Positions 10,544-20,655 are shown, counted from the stretch's first letter. The stretch: DNA of 64,000 nt from an uncultured Chlamydiae bacterium (GCA_963754655.1 CAVWGN010000001.1:928001-992000); one strand, 5' to 3'. Notes: generated by a model not told the origin, from the letters alone. Translations and numbers: made by a program.

Positions 10544-11206
10544 TTGATTGTGAGAGCATTACTTATCGTCGATCTTCAAAATGATTTTTTGCCAGGAGGA
10601 GCCCTGGCTGTCAAGGAAAGCAACGACATTCTTCCTATTGTCAATGAAATCATTCGTTATCCATTTGATCTTATTGTGGCAACAAAAGATTGGCATCCTC
10701 CTGATCATGGCAGCTTTGCCAGCAATCATAAGGGTAAGGAGCCGGGAGATCACATTAATTTAGGCGGATTGGATCAAATCCTTTGGCCTTCTCATTGTAT
10801 TCAGGGAACTTGGGGAGCTGAGTTTGCTTCTGGTTGGGAGAGTTCTTTAGTTGATAAAATCATCTATAAGGGAACAGATCCTCTTATTGATAGCTATAGC
10901 ACTTTTTATGACAATGGCCATCGCAAGTTAACGGGATTAGAAGACTACCTAAGGGAAAAAGGAATCAAAGACATCTTTATTGCAGGACTGACCACTGATT
11001 ATTGCATCAAATATTCTACACTTGATGCACTGCAATTGGGCTTTCATCCTCATGTCATTGTTGACGCTTGCCGGGGTGTTAATCTCGCTCGCAATGATTC
11101 AGAAAAAGCGCTTACTATTATGCGTGCAGGAGGCGCTGTTTTGCTTTCTTTTACAGATTTGAAAGATTTGTTGGAGGCGGAGGATAAAGGCCGGCGAGTG
11201 CTCTAA
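10544..11206 (+). CDS. pncA: Nicotinamidase/pyrazinamidase
   Basis: VDLQNDF..GG.L, DWHP..H.SF, WP.HC.QGT.GA, TDYC; directly follows pncB. Confidence 0.95.
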   Translation: MIVRALLIVDLQNDFLPGGALAVKESNDILPIVNEIIRYPFDLIVATKDWHPPDHGSFASNHKGKEPGDHINLGGLDQILWPSHCIQGTWGAEFASGWESSLVDKIIYKGTDPLIDSYSTFYDNGHRKLTGLEDYLREKGIKDIFIAGLTTDYCIKYSTLDALQLGFHPHVIVDACRGVNLARNDSEKALTIMRAGGAVLLSFTDLKDLLEAEDKGRRVL

Positions 11207-11492
11207 ATGACCAAGCAGATAAAAGGCCTAGCGCTAGAAAGAACAAGGCGCCTGTCCAACCAGGAAGGATCAATGAACCAATGCTTACCGGAATATTCCA
11301 AAATAAGCGGACTAAATTAGCAATGGCTGTAAATGTGACCCATAATGTTGTCACCATAAGGGTTGTTTTATCTGACATGATAGGCTTGTGTTGATCATTT
11401 CTAACTTTGTTCATAGCGTATTCAGCAAAATGTTTCAACAAATAAATCAAGGGATTTGCTTTAAAATCAAAGTCATTCCCAAAGCTTTTCAA
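11151..11492 (-). CDS. Small hypothetical membrane protein
   Basis: Two hydrophobic helices; true start probably downstream of the called one. Confidence 0.5.
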   Translation of the reverse strand: MKSFGNDFDFKANPLIYLLKHFAEYAMNKVRNDQHKPIMSDKTTLMVTTLWVTFTAIANLVRLFWNIPVSIGSLILPGWTGALFFLALGLLSAWSFRALAGLYPPPPTNLSNL

Positions 11493-11639
11493 AGTGAGTG
11501 GATGGGGAGAATAATGAATTAAATAGTCGCTTCGCTGCTGTTCCAGAAAAAGGAAACGGTAGAAATGATTTTAGAGACCAGGCGGTCAATCAGAGAGCAA
11601 AACAAATAAACACGTTTTAACACTTTTTTAGGAATAGAT

Positions 11640-13196
11640 ATGCAATTGCTAAAACATATTTTTTATTGGGGAATCGCTTTCACCTTGATTCTATCTTTCA
11701 GCTGGTCGGCTGAAGAAGCAAAAAAAGAAAAAGAGGCTGAAAAAGCGGAATGCAATGACAAAGAAGAATTGTCTGAAACAAAGCAGCAATTGATGATAAA
11801 TGGCCAGGCTCTGGATTACCGTGCAGTTGCTGGGACATTGATATTAAAAGATGAGAATGGGAAGCCCAAAGCGAGCATTTTTTATATCAGCTATACTAAA
11901 GAGGGGACTCATAATCTTAGAGAGCGACCTATTACCTTCTGTTTCAACGGCGGTCCTGGCTCTTCATCTGTCTGGCTCCATTTAGGAGTCTTGGGACCTA
12001 AGCGAGTTTTCTTAAATGAAAATGGAGAGCCCCTGCCACCTTACCATCTTGTCGACAATGAATTTTCTATTCTTGATGAAACAGATCTTGTTTTTATTGA
12101 TCCTGTTTCGACAGGTTTTAGTCGTGCAATTCCTCCTGAGGATGCCAAAAATTTTCATGGCGTAGAAGAGGATATCAAGTCAGTTGCTGAATTTATTCGC
12201 CTTTATCTTACGCGCAATCAACGCTGGAACTCTCCCAAATTTATTGTGGGAGAAAGCTATGGAACGACGCGTGCGGCAGGCCTTGCCGGCTATTTGCATG
12301 ATGAATACTTTATCTATACCAATGGACTTGTCTTGATTTCAACAGTGTTAAACTTTCAATCACTTGATTTTAATGCAGGCAACGACTTGTCTTATCTCTT
12401 ATTCTTGCCCACTTATACTGCAACAGCTTGGTATCACAAGAAGCTCAGTCCTGATTTACAAACTAATTTTTTTGACACTCTTCGTGCTGCACGGGAATTT
12501 GTTATTAATGATTATTCGTTAGCGTTATTTAAAGGCGATTTATTGACACTTCCTGAGAGGCAGCGCATAGTAAGGCAGCTAGCCCATTTCACAGGGCTTA
12601 ATCCTGAATACATTGATCGTAGCAACTTGCGAATCGATATGATGCGCTTTGCTAAAGAGTTATTAAGGGATCAAAGGCGCACAGTGGGCCGCTTTGATAG
12701 CCGTTTTAAAGGAATCGATGCTGATTCAGTAGGCGAACGCTTTGAATATGATCCTAGTGCAGATGCCATTTTTGGGGCTTTTACCTCGACCCTGAATCAA
12801 TATATAGAAGTTGATCTTAAGTGGACAAAGGATGCGCATTATAAGATTTTAACAAATGTGCAGCCTTGGGATTATGGAAAAGCCAATCAATATTTAAATG
12901 TCGCCGAAGCGCTGCGCGGTGTGATGACCAAAAATCCTTATTTACGAGTTTTTGTGGGCAATGGATATTATGATTTAGCTACTCCTTTCTTTGCGACGGA
13001 ATATACATTTAATCATTTAGGTTTAGATGCAACATTAATGAATCACGTGACAATGAAGCATTATGAAGCTGGGCACATGATGTATATTTATCGACCCGCG
13101 TTAATCAAGCTCAAACAAGATTTAGCAAATTTCTATGAACAAACGCTTAGAAATCAATTAAAAGAAGAACAGGAAGGAGAGTCTATTAAGCGCTAA
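11640..13196 (+). CDS. S10-family serine carboxypeptidase
   Basis: Signal peptide; FNGGPGSSS, GESYG, GYYDLATP, AGHMMY. Confidence 0.92.
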   Translation: MQLLKHIFYWGIAFTLILSFSWSAEEAKKEKEAEKAECNDKEELSETKQQLMINGQALDYRAVAGTLILKDENGKPKASIFYISYTKEGTHNLRERPITFCFNGGPGSSSVWLHLGVLGPKRVFLNENGEPLPPYHLVDNEFSILDETDLVFIDPVSTGFSRAIPPEDAKNFHGVEEDIKSVAEFIRLYLTRNQRWNSPKFIVGESYGTTRAAGLAGYLHDEYFIYTNGLVLISTVLNFQSLDFNAGNDLSYLLFLPTYTATAWYHKKLSPDLQTNFFDTLRAAREFVINDYSLALFKGDLLTLPERQRIVRQLAHFTGLNPEYIDRSNLRIDMMRFAKELLRDQRRTVGRFDSRFKGIDADSVGERFEYDPSADAIFGAFTSTLNQYIEVDLKWTKDAHYKILTNVQPWDYGKANQYLNVAEALRGVMTKNPYLRVFVGNGYYDLATPFFATEYTFNHLGLDATLMNHVTMKHYEAGHMMYIYRPALIKLKQDLANFYEQTLRNQLKEEQEGESIKR

Positions 13197-13202
13197 AAAG
13201 TC

Positions 13203-13231
13203 TTGATTGTTCTTAATTTTTTTGATAAACT
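13203..13231 (+). promoter_or_regulatory. Putative sigma70-type promoter of the tRNA gene
   Basis: TTGATT-17 bp-TAAACT with TG extended -10. Confidence 0.55.
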
Positions 13232-13307
13232 CTTCACTTCACCTATTGGGTTTTTAGAGTCCTCCTGGTAAAAACTAATGTAAACGAATAATAGGTAGAC
13301 TTTTTTA

Positions 13308-13380
13308 GGGGCAATAGCTCAGTGGTTAGAGCAGCGGACTCATAACCCGCTGGTCGTAGGTTCAAATCCTACTTGCCCCA
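13308..13380 (+). tRNA. tRNA with CAT anticodon (probably tRNA-Ile2/lysidine; elongator Met not excluded)
   Basis: GGGGCAA/TTGCCCC acceptor stem, D arm GCTC..GAGC, anticodon loop CTCATAA, GTAGG-TTCAAAT-CCTAC T arm; paired 1:72 argues against initiator. Confidence 0.93.
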
Positions 13381-13556
13381 CTTTTTATCCATCATCCATA
13401 AGCATCTGTAAGTACGATTCAGCTTGAAATAAAATCTTGTATCAAGCTAATTTTATCACTTGCGGTGCAAATTCGGTATGGAATACTTAGCATAAAATAT
13501 TTGAGTTCTCTAGCTTAATCCATCTCAATTCAGTTCTCTCAGAAAAAAAGTTTTCC

Positions 13557-13585
13557 TTGTATGTTAACTTCAAGTGTGATAAAAT
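13557..13585 (+). promoter_or_regulatory. Putative sigma70-type promoter of the leader-brnQ unit
   Basis: TTGTAT-17 bp-TAAAAT with TG extended -10, 31 bp upstream of the leader 1 ATG. Confidence 0.6.
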
Positions 13586-13616
13586 TAAGGATCTAACAAA
13601 AGGTTTGACTTTAGCT

Positions 13617-13691
13617 ATGTTCAATAAAGCGCACATCAATATCAGTATTCAGATTATTATTAACCCCATTTTGAGGTGCGGACTTATGTGA
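13617..13691 (+). CDS. Attenuator leader peptide 1, MFNKAHINISIQIIINPILRCGLM (7 Ile in 24 aa)
   Basis: Hand translation; Ile cluster; 3' end carries GAGGTGCGG, complementary to the terminator 5' arm. Confidence 0.85.
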   Translation: MFNKAHINISIQIIINPILRCGLM

Positions 13692-13721
13692 TTGGCCTTA
13701 GCTAAACATAGGTTAAAAAAA

Positions 13722-13756
13722 GACCGCACTCTCGAAAGAGGTGTGGTCTTTTTTTT
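13722..13756 (+). terminator. Attenuator terminator 1
   Basis: GACCGCAC(T)CTC-GAAA-GAGGTGTGGTC followed by T8. Confidence 0.9.
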
Positions 13757-13820
13757 GTAGGTGAATAAGAAAATTAAAATGAAGCCTTAACTTAAAATGT
13801 AACGTAAAGAGAAAAATTAA

Positions 13821-13904
13821 ATGATCAACATGTGCATAGAGTCCATTAGTATTCGAATTATTGTGGTTATCCACGTTAAATCGAGGTGCGGACCTATGCT
13901 TTAG
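13821..13904 (+). CDS. Attenuator leader peptide 2, MINMCIESISIRIIVVIHVKSRCGPML (7 Ile + 3 Val in 27 aa)
   Basis: Hand translation; paralogous to leader 1, same GAGGTGCGGAC antiterminator strand. Confidence 0.85.
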   Translation: MINMCIESISIRIIVVIHVKSRCGPML

Positions 13905-13934
13905 GCTTTTTGCCCATAGTTTGGTTAGAGAAAA

Positions 13935-13967
13935 ACCGCACGCTCAAAAGAGGTGCGGTTTTTTTTT
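13935..13967 (+). terminator. Attenuator terminator 2
   Basis: ACCGCAC(G)CTC-AAAA-GAGGTGCGGT followed by a T run; 61 bp before the brnQ ATG. Confidence 0.9.
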
Positions 13968-14028
13968 GCTATCAAGCTGCTGTAGAAAATCTATAACAGC
14001 ACAATTAAAGGTTACAAAAAGGGATTAT

Positions 14029-15171
14029 ATGAAAAATAAATGGCTTGTTGTTAGTACTGGATTTGCTTTGTTTTCAATGTTTTTCGGATCAGGGAATTTA
14101 GTTTTTCCAATTACAGTTGGTCAAGAAAGCGAAGGACATTATCTTCTTGCTGCTTTAGGAATTTTATTTACGGGAGTAGTAGTTCCTTTTCTTGGAGTAT
14201 TGGGAATGATGCTCTACAAAGGAGATATTTATAGTTTTTTTAGTTGCTTTGGCAAAAGAGGGACTTTCTTGTTCTCGTTTTTGGCGCTAGCATTAATGGG
14301 TCCTTTCGGAGTTCTTGCTCGTTGCTTAACCGTGGCACATGGTGCTTTATTGCTTTTATTACCAAATGCTTCGCTACCTCTTACTAGCATTTTAATGTGT
14401 GTTGTTATTTATTTTTTGGCTGTAAATAAGAATAAGATTGTTACAACATTAGGAACAGTATTAACTCCATTTTTACTTTTAGCGATAGCTATGATTGCAT
14501 TTTTTGGTTTAAACTAGGGGAATTTACCTGAAGCAACAACCACTAGCAGCTGGAATGCTTTAAAAAATGGCTTTTTCCAAGGTTACCAAACAATGGATCT
14601 TTTAGCTGCATTTTTCTTCTCTCAATTTGTGATTAAGCATCTTCACAGCAAGCTATCACCTAATGATGGGGAGACTTCATTGCTTAAATATTTTACCAAA
14701 TCTGCTTTGATTGGTGCAGGCATTTTGTCTTCAGTGTATTTCGCTTTGGTATTACTCGGCTGGATTTACTCACCTCTTTTGACTAATACACCCCCACAGG
14801 AAATGTTGGGAATGATTGCTATTGAATCTCTCGGAACAATAGCAGCTCCATGCGTATGCTTAGCGGTCTTATTTGCCTGTTTGACGACAGCGATTGTTCT
14901 AGCTTCGTTATTTGCAGACTTTATCCGTAAGGAGGTTTCAAAGGATAAAATTGGTAATAAGCAAGCCTTATTTATCACTTTAGGGATAGGTTTTGTAGTA
15001 TCAACTTTCGATTTTGTTGGAATTGCCAAATTTTTAGGTCCAGTACTTGAAGCTGTTTATCCCGCTTTAATTGCTTTGACGTTAGTCAATATCACAAATA
15101 AATTTTTTGGTGTAAAGTCTTCACATTGGCCGTTTACATTAACATTGGCAGCCAAGCTATGCTGGCTATAA
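14029..15171 (+). pseudogene. brnQ: Branched-chain amino acid transporter BrnQ with one in-frame TAG (14515-14517)
   Basis: GFALFSMFFGSGNLVFP, GYQTMDLLAA and LFACLTTAI motifs; same frame on both sides of the stop. Confidence 0.88.
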
Positions 15172-15210
15172 ACAACTTAAGATTAAAATATGTAAACATA
15201 TAGGTAAAAA

Positions 15211-16032
15211 ATGTCGATAAAGAAAACTGTTTTATTAACGGACTTTTCATACCAAGCGAAAGGTCGAGAATATTTTCGCGAAGATGTTGAGCTAAGTTGC
15301 TATCTAAGAAAATGTTTTAAAGTTTGCATAAGCCATATCAATGACATCGAAAAAGTCGTAGATCGGGCCGATGCAATTCTTATCAGGAATACTGGACCTC
15401 AGATGTTTCATCACGAACAATTAACAGCATTGAGAAATAGAGCTGATCTGACCATATTTAATGACCTTTCAGGCAAAGGAGATATTAATGGCAAATATCA
15501 TCTTCTCGAATTATTCCAATCGGGCTATCCGGTCATTCCAACTTTTAACTCAAAAAAAGAGCTTCAAAAATTTGGGGCCTATGAACGTTACCTGTTAAAG
15601 CCTTTAGATGGCGCTGATTCTTGTGGCGTTAAAATCCTTAATAACGAAGAGCTTAAAAGTGAAGTATGTCAAAATGTTCTCATACAACCATTAGTGGAAT
15701 TCCAGTACGAGGTCTCTTTTTATTTTATAGGGAAACAGTTCCACTATTCGCTATACGCTCCAAATCCTCAAAAGCGGTGGGAGTTGGAACCTTACAAAGC
15801 TTCACAGGAAGATTTAGAATTTGCATTAAAATTCATCAATTGGAACACGTGTAAATTTGGGATTCAAAGAGTCGATGCATGCAGGTTGAAGAATGGAACA
15901 CTTCTACTCATGGAATTAGAAGATTATAATCCATTTCTTTCGTTGGACTTATTACAAAAAAATGTAAAAGAAAATTTTTTGGAAGCCCTATGTTTTTCTT
16001 TATCTGAGATCATTAATAGAAAGACAACTTAA
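15211..16032 (+). CDS. ATP-grasp (RimK/glutathione synthase-like) protein
   Basis: P.IPT, LKP.DG.DS.GV, LIQP, RVDA, LLMELE...P.L motifs. Confidence 0.75.
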   Translation: MSIKKTVLLTDFSYQAKGREYFREDVELSCYLRKCFKVCISHINDIEKVVDRADAILIRNTGPQMFHHEQLTALRNRADLTIFNDLSGKGDINGKYHLLELFQSGYPVIPTFNSKKELQKFGAYERYLLKPLDGADSCGVKILNNEELKSEVCQNVLIQPLVEFQYEVSFYFIGKQFHYSLYAPNPQKRWELEPYKASQEDLEFALKFINWNTCKFGIQRVDACRLKNGTLLLMELEDYNPFLSLDLLQKNVKENFLEALCFSLSEIINRKTT

Positions 16033-16051
16033 AATTAAAATAAATTATTTG

Positions 16052-16104
16052 TTTTCTGGAATATGTTCAGTCTTAAAAATTAAGATTGAACACATCCCAG
16101 AAAA
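16052..16104. terminator. Long imperfect hairpin after the ATP-grasp gene
   Basis: ttttctgg..tgttcagtctta / taagattgaaca..ccagaaaa. Confidence 0.5.
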
Positions 16105-16388
16105 GATTTCATTTTTTTCTTAACACCTCTTGAAGAGGTCTTTTATTCAGGGTGCACTGGCGGTGCAACGAATAACATATCATGCCAGCAAAATTGAATA
16201 AATTTCAGTAGCTTTTTGATCAAAAATCCTTTATCCTCTTACTCTCATTGACCTCGACCCTCTTACCAAAATGGCGGTAATTCATCATCAATTTGAGAGC
16301 ATCCACCCTTTTTATGATGGTAATGGAAGGACTGGGCGTATCATTAATATACTCTATCTTGTGAAGCATGGCCTATTAGATAACCGTT

Positions 16389-17597
16389 CTATAACTTATG
16401 GACAAATATACCATTCATTACTTCTTGCTTCATCGATACATTGCTAATAGACTTTTGGCCTATCCCACAAGAGGAATCTCCACAAGCGTAAATTCCCGTG
16501 GAACTCACGGTACTCAATTTTAATAAATTTTTGGCTGCATTAATGTCTCTATCGTGTTGTGTACTGCAACGTTGACAGACCCATTCCCTGATGTTCAGCG
16601 GCATTTGGATGGCTTTATGCTGACAATGAGAACAGATTTTTGAAGAAGAATAATACCTCGGCGCTCTTATTAGCTTCGAGCCATACCATTCTGTCTTATA
16701 GGCAAGCATGCGTATAAATCCGCTCCATCCTGCATCGGCGATCCCTCTACTCAACCTATTCTTTTGCTGCAAAGTTTGTACATCCAAATCTTCAACAACA
16801 ATAATTGACTTGGTTTTCGCCAATCTTGTTGATAATTTATGATGGAAATCAGTGCGTTGATTGCCGATTTTTCGATGCTGTCTGGCTAACAAAAGAGATG
16901 ATTTCTTATAATTACTAGAACCCTTTTGTTTGCGACTTTGTTTTTTATTTAACACTCTTATCTTTTTAAGCGATTTATTTAAAGGCTTTGGTGAAATAGT
17001 TTTTTCACCTTCTGAAGTTGTAACAAAAGAGGTTAGCCCGACATCAATGCCAATCGCTGGTCCTTCAACTGGCTGAGAATTTTCTATTTCACACTCTACC
17101 GTTACACTAACATACCACCGATCTGCTTGACGAGAAACTGTAGCTGAAAGAATTCTTCCTCGTACTTCTGCACACTCTTTAAGTCGAATGATACCCAAAC
17201 GAGGTAATTGAATAAATTGCTTATTAACTTTAATGGTTCCCGTTAATCGGAAATGATCGTTGATCCCCTTTCTCTTAAATTTTGGGAATCCTCCTTTCTT
17301 ACCACTCTTCTGGCGGTGGAAAAAATTCTGAAAAGCTCGATCAAGATCTCTCAAAGCCTCTTGGGGCGCACATTTTGACACCTCATACATCCAAGAAAAT
17401 TGTGACCCCTTCAAACTATTGAGTAATCGGTGCTGTTCAATAGCGTTAGTAGATATTCCATCTTTTTCATATTTTTCAATTCTTGCAGCAAGCCCCCAGT
17501 TATAAGCAAACCGAGCAGATCCTGCATGCTTGGCTAAGAGGATGCGCTGAGCGATATTCGGCTTTAATTCATATCGGTAAGCTCTTTTAATTAGCAT
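16389..17597 (-). CDS. tnpB: RNA-guided endonuclease TnpB
   Basis: AYRYELKP N-terminus; RuvC motifs [18 protein letters not shown]; CxxC..CxxC zinc finger. Confidence 0.92.
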   Translation of the reverse strand: MLIKRAYRYELKPNIAQRILLAKHAGSARFAYNWGLAARIEKYEKDGISTNAIEQHRLLNSLKGSQFSWMYEVSKCAPQEALRDLDRAFQNFFHRQKSGKKGGFPKFKRKGINDHFRLTGTIKVNKQFIQLPRLGIIRLKECAEVRGRILSATVSRQADRWYVSVTVECEIENSQPVEGPAIGIDVGLTSFVTTSEGEKTISPKPLNKSLKKIRVLNKKQSRKQKGSSNYKKSSLLLARQHRKIGNQRTDFHHKLSTRLAKTKSIIVVEDLDVQTLQQKNRLSRGIADAGWSGFIRMLAYKTEWYGSKLIRAPRYYSSSKICSHCQHKAIQMPLNIREWVCQRCSTQHDRDINAAKNLLKLSTVSSTGIYACGDSSCGIGQKSISNVSMKQEVMNGIFVHKL

Positions 17598-18152
17598 TTT
17601 GCATGGTTTCCAATGCTTTTTTAGCTTTGTTCTTTGCCGATCTTCGTCCGTATAGTCTAGCACAAAAAGAAGTTAACACTTCTATCATATCTTGAACTAA
17701 ATCATCCTTTAACTCAGAACCATCTGCAACTATTAATTTTCTTCCTTGTGCAGCTAATGCTGACTCCACATATTCAGCACCAAATCTCATCAATTGATCT
17801 CGATGTTCGACTAAAATAATCCAGATCTTTGGATTGTTCAATAATTTTATTAATTTAGGACGATGGCCATTGAGGCCAGAGCCTATTTCTGTTACTGTGT
17901 GAGCCACAAGATAGCCTTTTTGATTGGCAAAAGTGACTAGCCGGCTTACTTGCCCGTTAAGATCATTTTTTGATCGGCTGAGGACACACGTGCATAGATA
18001 GCAACAGCATTTGGCTCAAGCATTTCCTCTTTGATTAGAATTGTTCCTGTTTTTGTTTGCTCGGCAGGAACAGGGAGTTGTCCTGCTTTGAACCAGCGCC
18101 AAGCAGTCCTATAGCTTATGCCTTGTTTTTTTGCCCATTTACTTAGTTTCAT
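17587..18152 (-). pseudogene. tnpA: IS607 serine-recombinase transposase, frameshifted
   Basis: MKLSKWAK..G.SY.TAWRW, YARVSS.DQK in one frame; EIGSGLN, F.ARLYG.RS in another. Confidence 0.88.
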
Positions 18153-18733
18153 GCTAATGAAATATCAAATTCGAACATATATGTCTATAAATTTGTCAAC
18201 AGTTCGCAGCCCCTGTGCTCTATCTTTCTCGTTATATCAATCGGAATAAGAGTGAATATTACCAATTGCTTCAAGCAGTTCGTGACCACCAAGATTGGGA
18301 AAAATGGGTGCTTTATATGCTGGAAGGAATAGAGCAAACCTCGCGTCAGACTACATCCTTGATACAGGGAATGAGAAACTTAATGCAGCATCATAAGCAT
18401 AAGTTACGTAACGAGTTGCCGAAAATATATAGCCAAGATCTATTAAATAATCTCTTTCGACACCCATACACTAAAATTGATTTCGTCATGCAAGAATTGC
18501 AAGTCACGCGCAAGACGGCAGCAAAATATCTAGGTGAGCTCGTAAGAATTGGCTTGCTTTCCAAGTATAAAAGAGGGAAAGAAAATTACTATATGAATGA
18601 TATCTTAATGGATCTTTTGCTTAATGCAGATTCAAAACAGAGATCTCCTCATGAGTAAAAATATGCAAAATAAGGATATGAGAGATTCATTAAGGGTACA
18701 AAATATTGATTTTCTACCCATGACAATTTCATC

Positions 18734-20347
18734 ATGTATACAATTGTGTCTTTTAGGGTAAAAATAATGCATTTATTCTCATATTTAACTGAAATAGATT
18801 TGAATAATCTAGCTGATGTTGCCAATTGTTTTGATCTGTTGGAGAAATTATTTGTAGAGAATTCAAGTATTGCCCAGACTGCTAATGAGTTATCTCAAAT
18901 GGACGCCGAAGATCTTGATATAGCTCAGAAAAATTTTAGAATAATTCTTAAGATTAGTAGGAATTTTAAATATGGTAAGTATATCCCAGCCAACCATTGG
19001 TTTCATTTAACGCCTCAAAATCTAGGTGATGATTGGATTATTTGGGCATTGGCTAGTTTCCATGAAAATGGATATATACGAGAACGGGCACTTAAAAACT
19101 TAATAGGTTTTCAAGAAAATATAGTTCTTCCCTTTCTTTTTTTGCGATTGATCGACTGGGTAGAACCAATTAGAGAATTGGCTTCATCAGAATTGATCAA
19201 AAGATTAGATATTCACAATTCTATCGTTATTTCTCGTCAAGTACCGTTTTGGGCTAAAATCAAACACTCAATCAAAATATCTAAAAAAATATTTGATATA
19301 TTGGAAAACTATCTTAAAAAAGATCCAATTGTTCAAGAATTCTTACTAAAAAAATTCGAAAATTCAACAAAAAAAATAAAAAGGGCTTTTTTCCCTTATC
19401 TTGTTGAAGGAGTAACAGTTGAACATTCTGATTTTATCCTTAGATGTTTTAATGATAACGATGTGAAAATTAAGATTCTTGCACTTCAGCTATATAGAAA
19501 GTACATTCTTACACAAAGTTTAGCTGCTAGATTTTATGAAGCGATGATATTAAATCCTTTTATGCCAATACGTAGAGAGTCCTTGTTTCTTGAAATAGAC
19601 TGGAAACTTCAAAAATCTGAATTGGTATGGAAAAAGGCATTAATGGACCCACATTCTTCTATTCGAGAATTGGCCCAATTTCATTTGCGAGAAATGGGAA
19701 TGAGCCAGGAGGCTCCTGCTATTTACCGTTTTAAAATTTGTGAAGGTAATAGTAGTATCAAATGTCTTCAAACAGCTATCCTTGGTCTAGGTGAAACGGG
19801 AACGAGCGAAGACATATCAATTATAGTGTCATTCTTAAATAATCCATCCACAGGCATTGTGCATGCCTCTATGCGTAGCTTGTATAGATTAGGTGCAGAA
19901 GTCGAATTGCAATTATGTATTTACGATTTATTGGAAAGTTCTTCACGGAAAATATCCAGGGAGGCTTCAAAAATATTGTCAAAGAAATCTTCTTGGCAGG
20001 AGCTAGATAAGCTGATTGAAATATTTCGAAAAAAATCAGAAGTACACATCAAAAGGCATATTATTTATATTTCTGACTATTTTAAAAAGTGGGAAAAAAT
20101 CTATTTCTTATTAATATCTCTCGAGTCATATAACGAGAATCTTATTGAACTAACAATCAACAAAATAAGAAAGTGGGTAAATGAATACAATCGGGTCATG
20201 ACCCTGCCAAACATTATTCAGTCTTCTGCATTAATGGATTTATTACTAAAGTATAAAGATGTTTTGATCTCTAAAAAAATTGAGCTGGGAATAGGACAGA
20301 ATAATCTTTTCGAAGTTCTACAGAACTTCTTAAATTTTACTCCCTAG
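18734..20347 (+). CDS. HEAT-repeat-like hypothetical protein
   Basis: 537 aa, H.NGY.RE.AL and repeated D....IR..A helical units; AT-rich. Confidence 0.65.
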   Translation: MYTIVSFRVKIMHLFSYLTEIDLNNLADVANCFDLLEKLFVENSSIAQTANELSQMDAEDLDIAQKNFRIILKISRNFKYGKYIPANHWFHLTPQNLGDDWIIWALASFHENGYIRERALKNLIGFQENIVLPFLFLRLIDWVEPIRELASSELIKRLDIHNSIVISRQVPFWAKIKHSIKISKKIFDILENYLKKDPIVQEFLLKKFENSTKKIKRAFFPYLVEGVTVEHSDFILRCFNDNDVKIKILALQLYRKYILTQSLAARFYEAMILNPFMPIRRESLFLEIDWKLQKSELVWKKALMDPHSSIRELAQFHLREMGMSQEAPAIYRFKICEGNSSIKCLQTAILGLGETGTSEDISIIVSFLNNPSTGIVHASMRSLYRLGAEVELQLCIYDLLESSSRKISREASKILSKKSSWQELDKLIEIFRKKSEVHIKRHIIYISDYFKKWEKIYFLLISLESYNENLIELTINKIRKWVNEYNRVMTLPNIIQSSALMDLLLKYKDVLISKKIELGIGQNNLFEVLQNFLNFTP

Positions 20348-20419
20348 AGCAGGCAATCAACTTACCATGGGGAGTTATTTGCTGAAAGGCTCGCTTAAAG
20401 TGATTAAAGATATCTGTTA

Positions 20420-20644
20420 GATAATCCGACAATTGATACCCTGATATGTAAAAAAAAAGATAATCTTATTGTCGAATATACTCTACGAGATATCCATAAA
20501 ATCTGCGGGCGTCGACGAATATGAAACAAAATTGTTTCAAGTCTACCTAAGAAGCTAAAGGGACACCTACCAACAATTGATGAGATCGAAGCTGAGCTAA
20601 GTGCAATCCCAAGTCCGAAGGCAAAAAGAGTCAAAAAGAAGTAG
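20420..20644 (+). pseudogene. YhcG/DUF1016 (PDDEXK) C-terminal remnant
   Basis: Reads DNPTI..LICKKKDNLIVEYTLRD...LPTIDEIEAELS, paralogous to the 28743-28973 segment. Confidence 0.7.
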
Positions 20645-20655
20645 GAAATTTAAGT

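Larger units (their letters stand above)
16385..18212 (-). mobile_element. IS607-family element 1 (frameshifted tnpA + tnpB)
   Basis: MerR-HTH/serine recombinase followed by TnpB; both junctions at CC (GG on minus strand), no target duplication. Confidence 0.9.
16243..18658 (+). pseudogene. Fic-family gene, 5'-truncated and interrupted by IS607
   Basis: Left part reads ...[34 protein letters not shown], right part resumes PVLYLSRYINRNK. Confidence 0.85.

Noticed and set aside
13600..13970. Tandem T-box riboswitches
   Set aside because: No T-box consensus (GGTGGNACCGCG) or stem I motifs; leader ORFs with Ile/Val clusters explain the structure better.
13861..14028. 56-aa N-terminal extension of BrnQ in the ORF track
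   Set aside because: Runs through attenuator 2; family similarity begins at ATG 14029.
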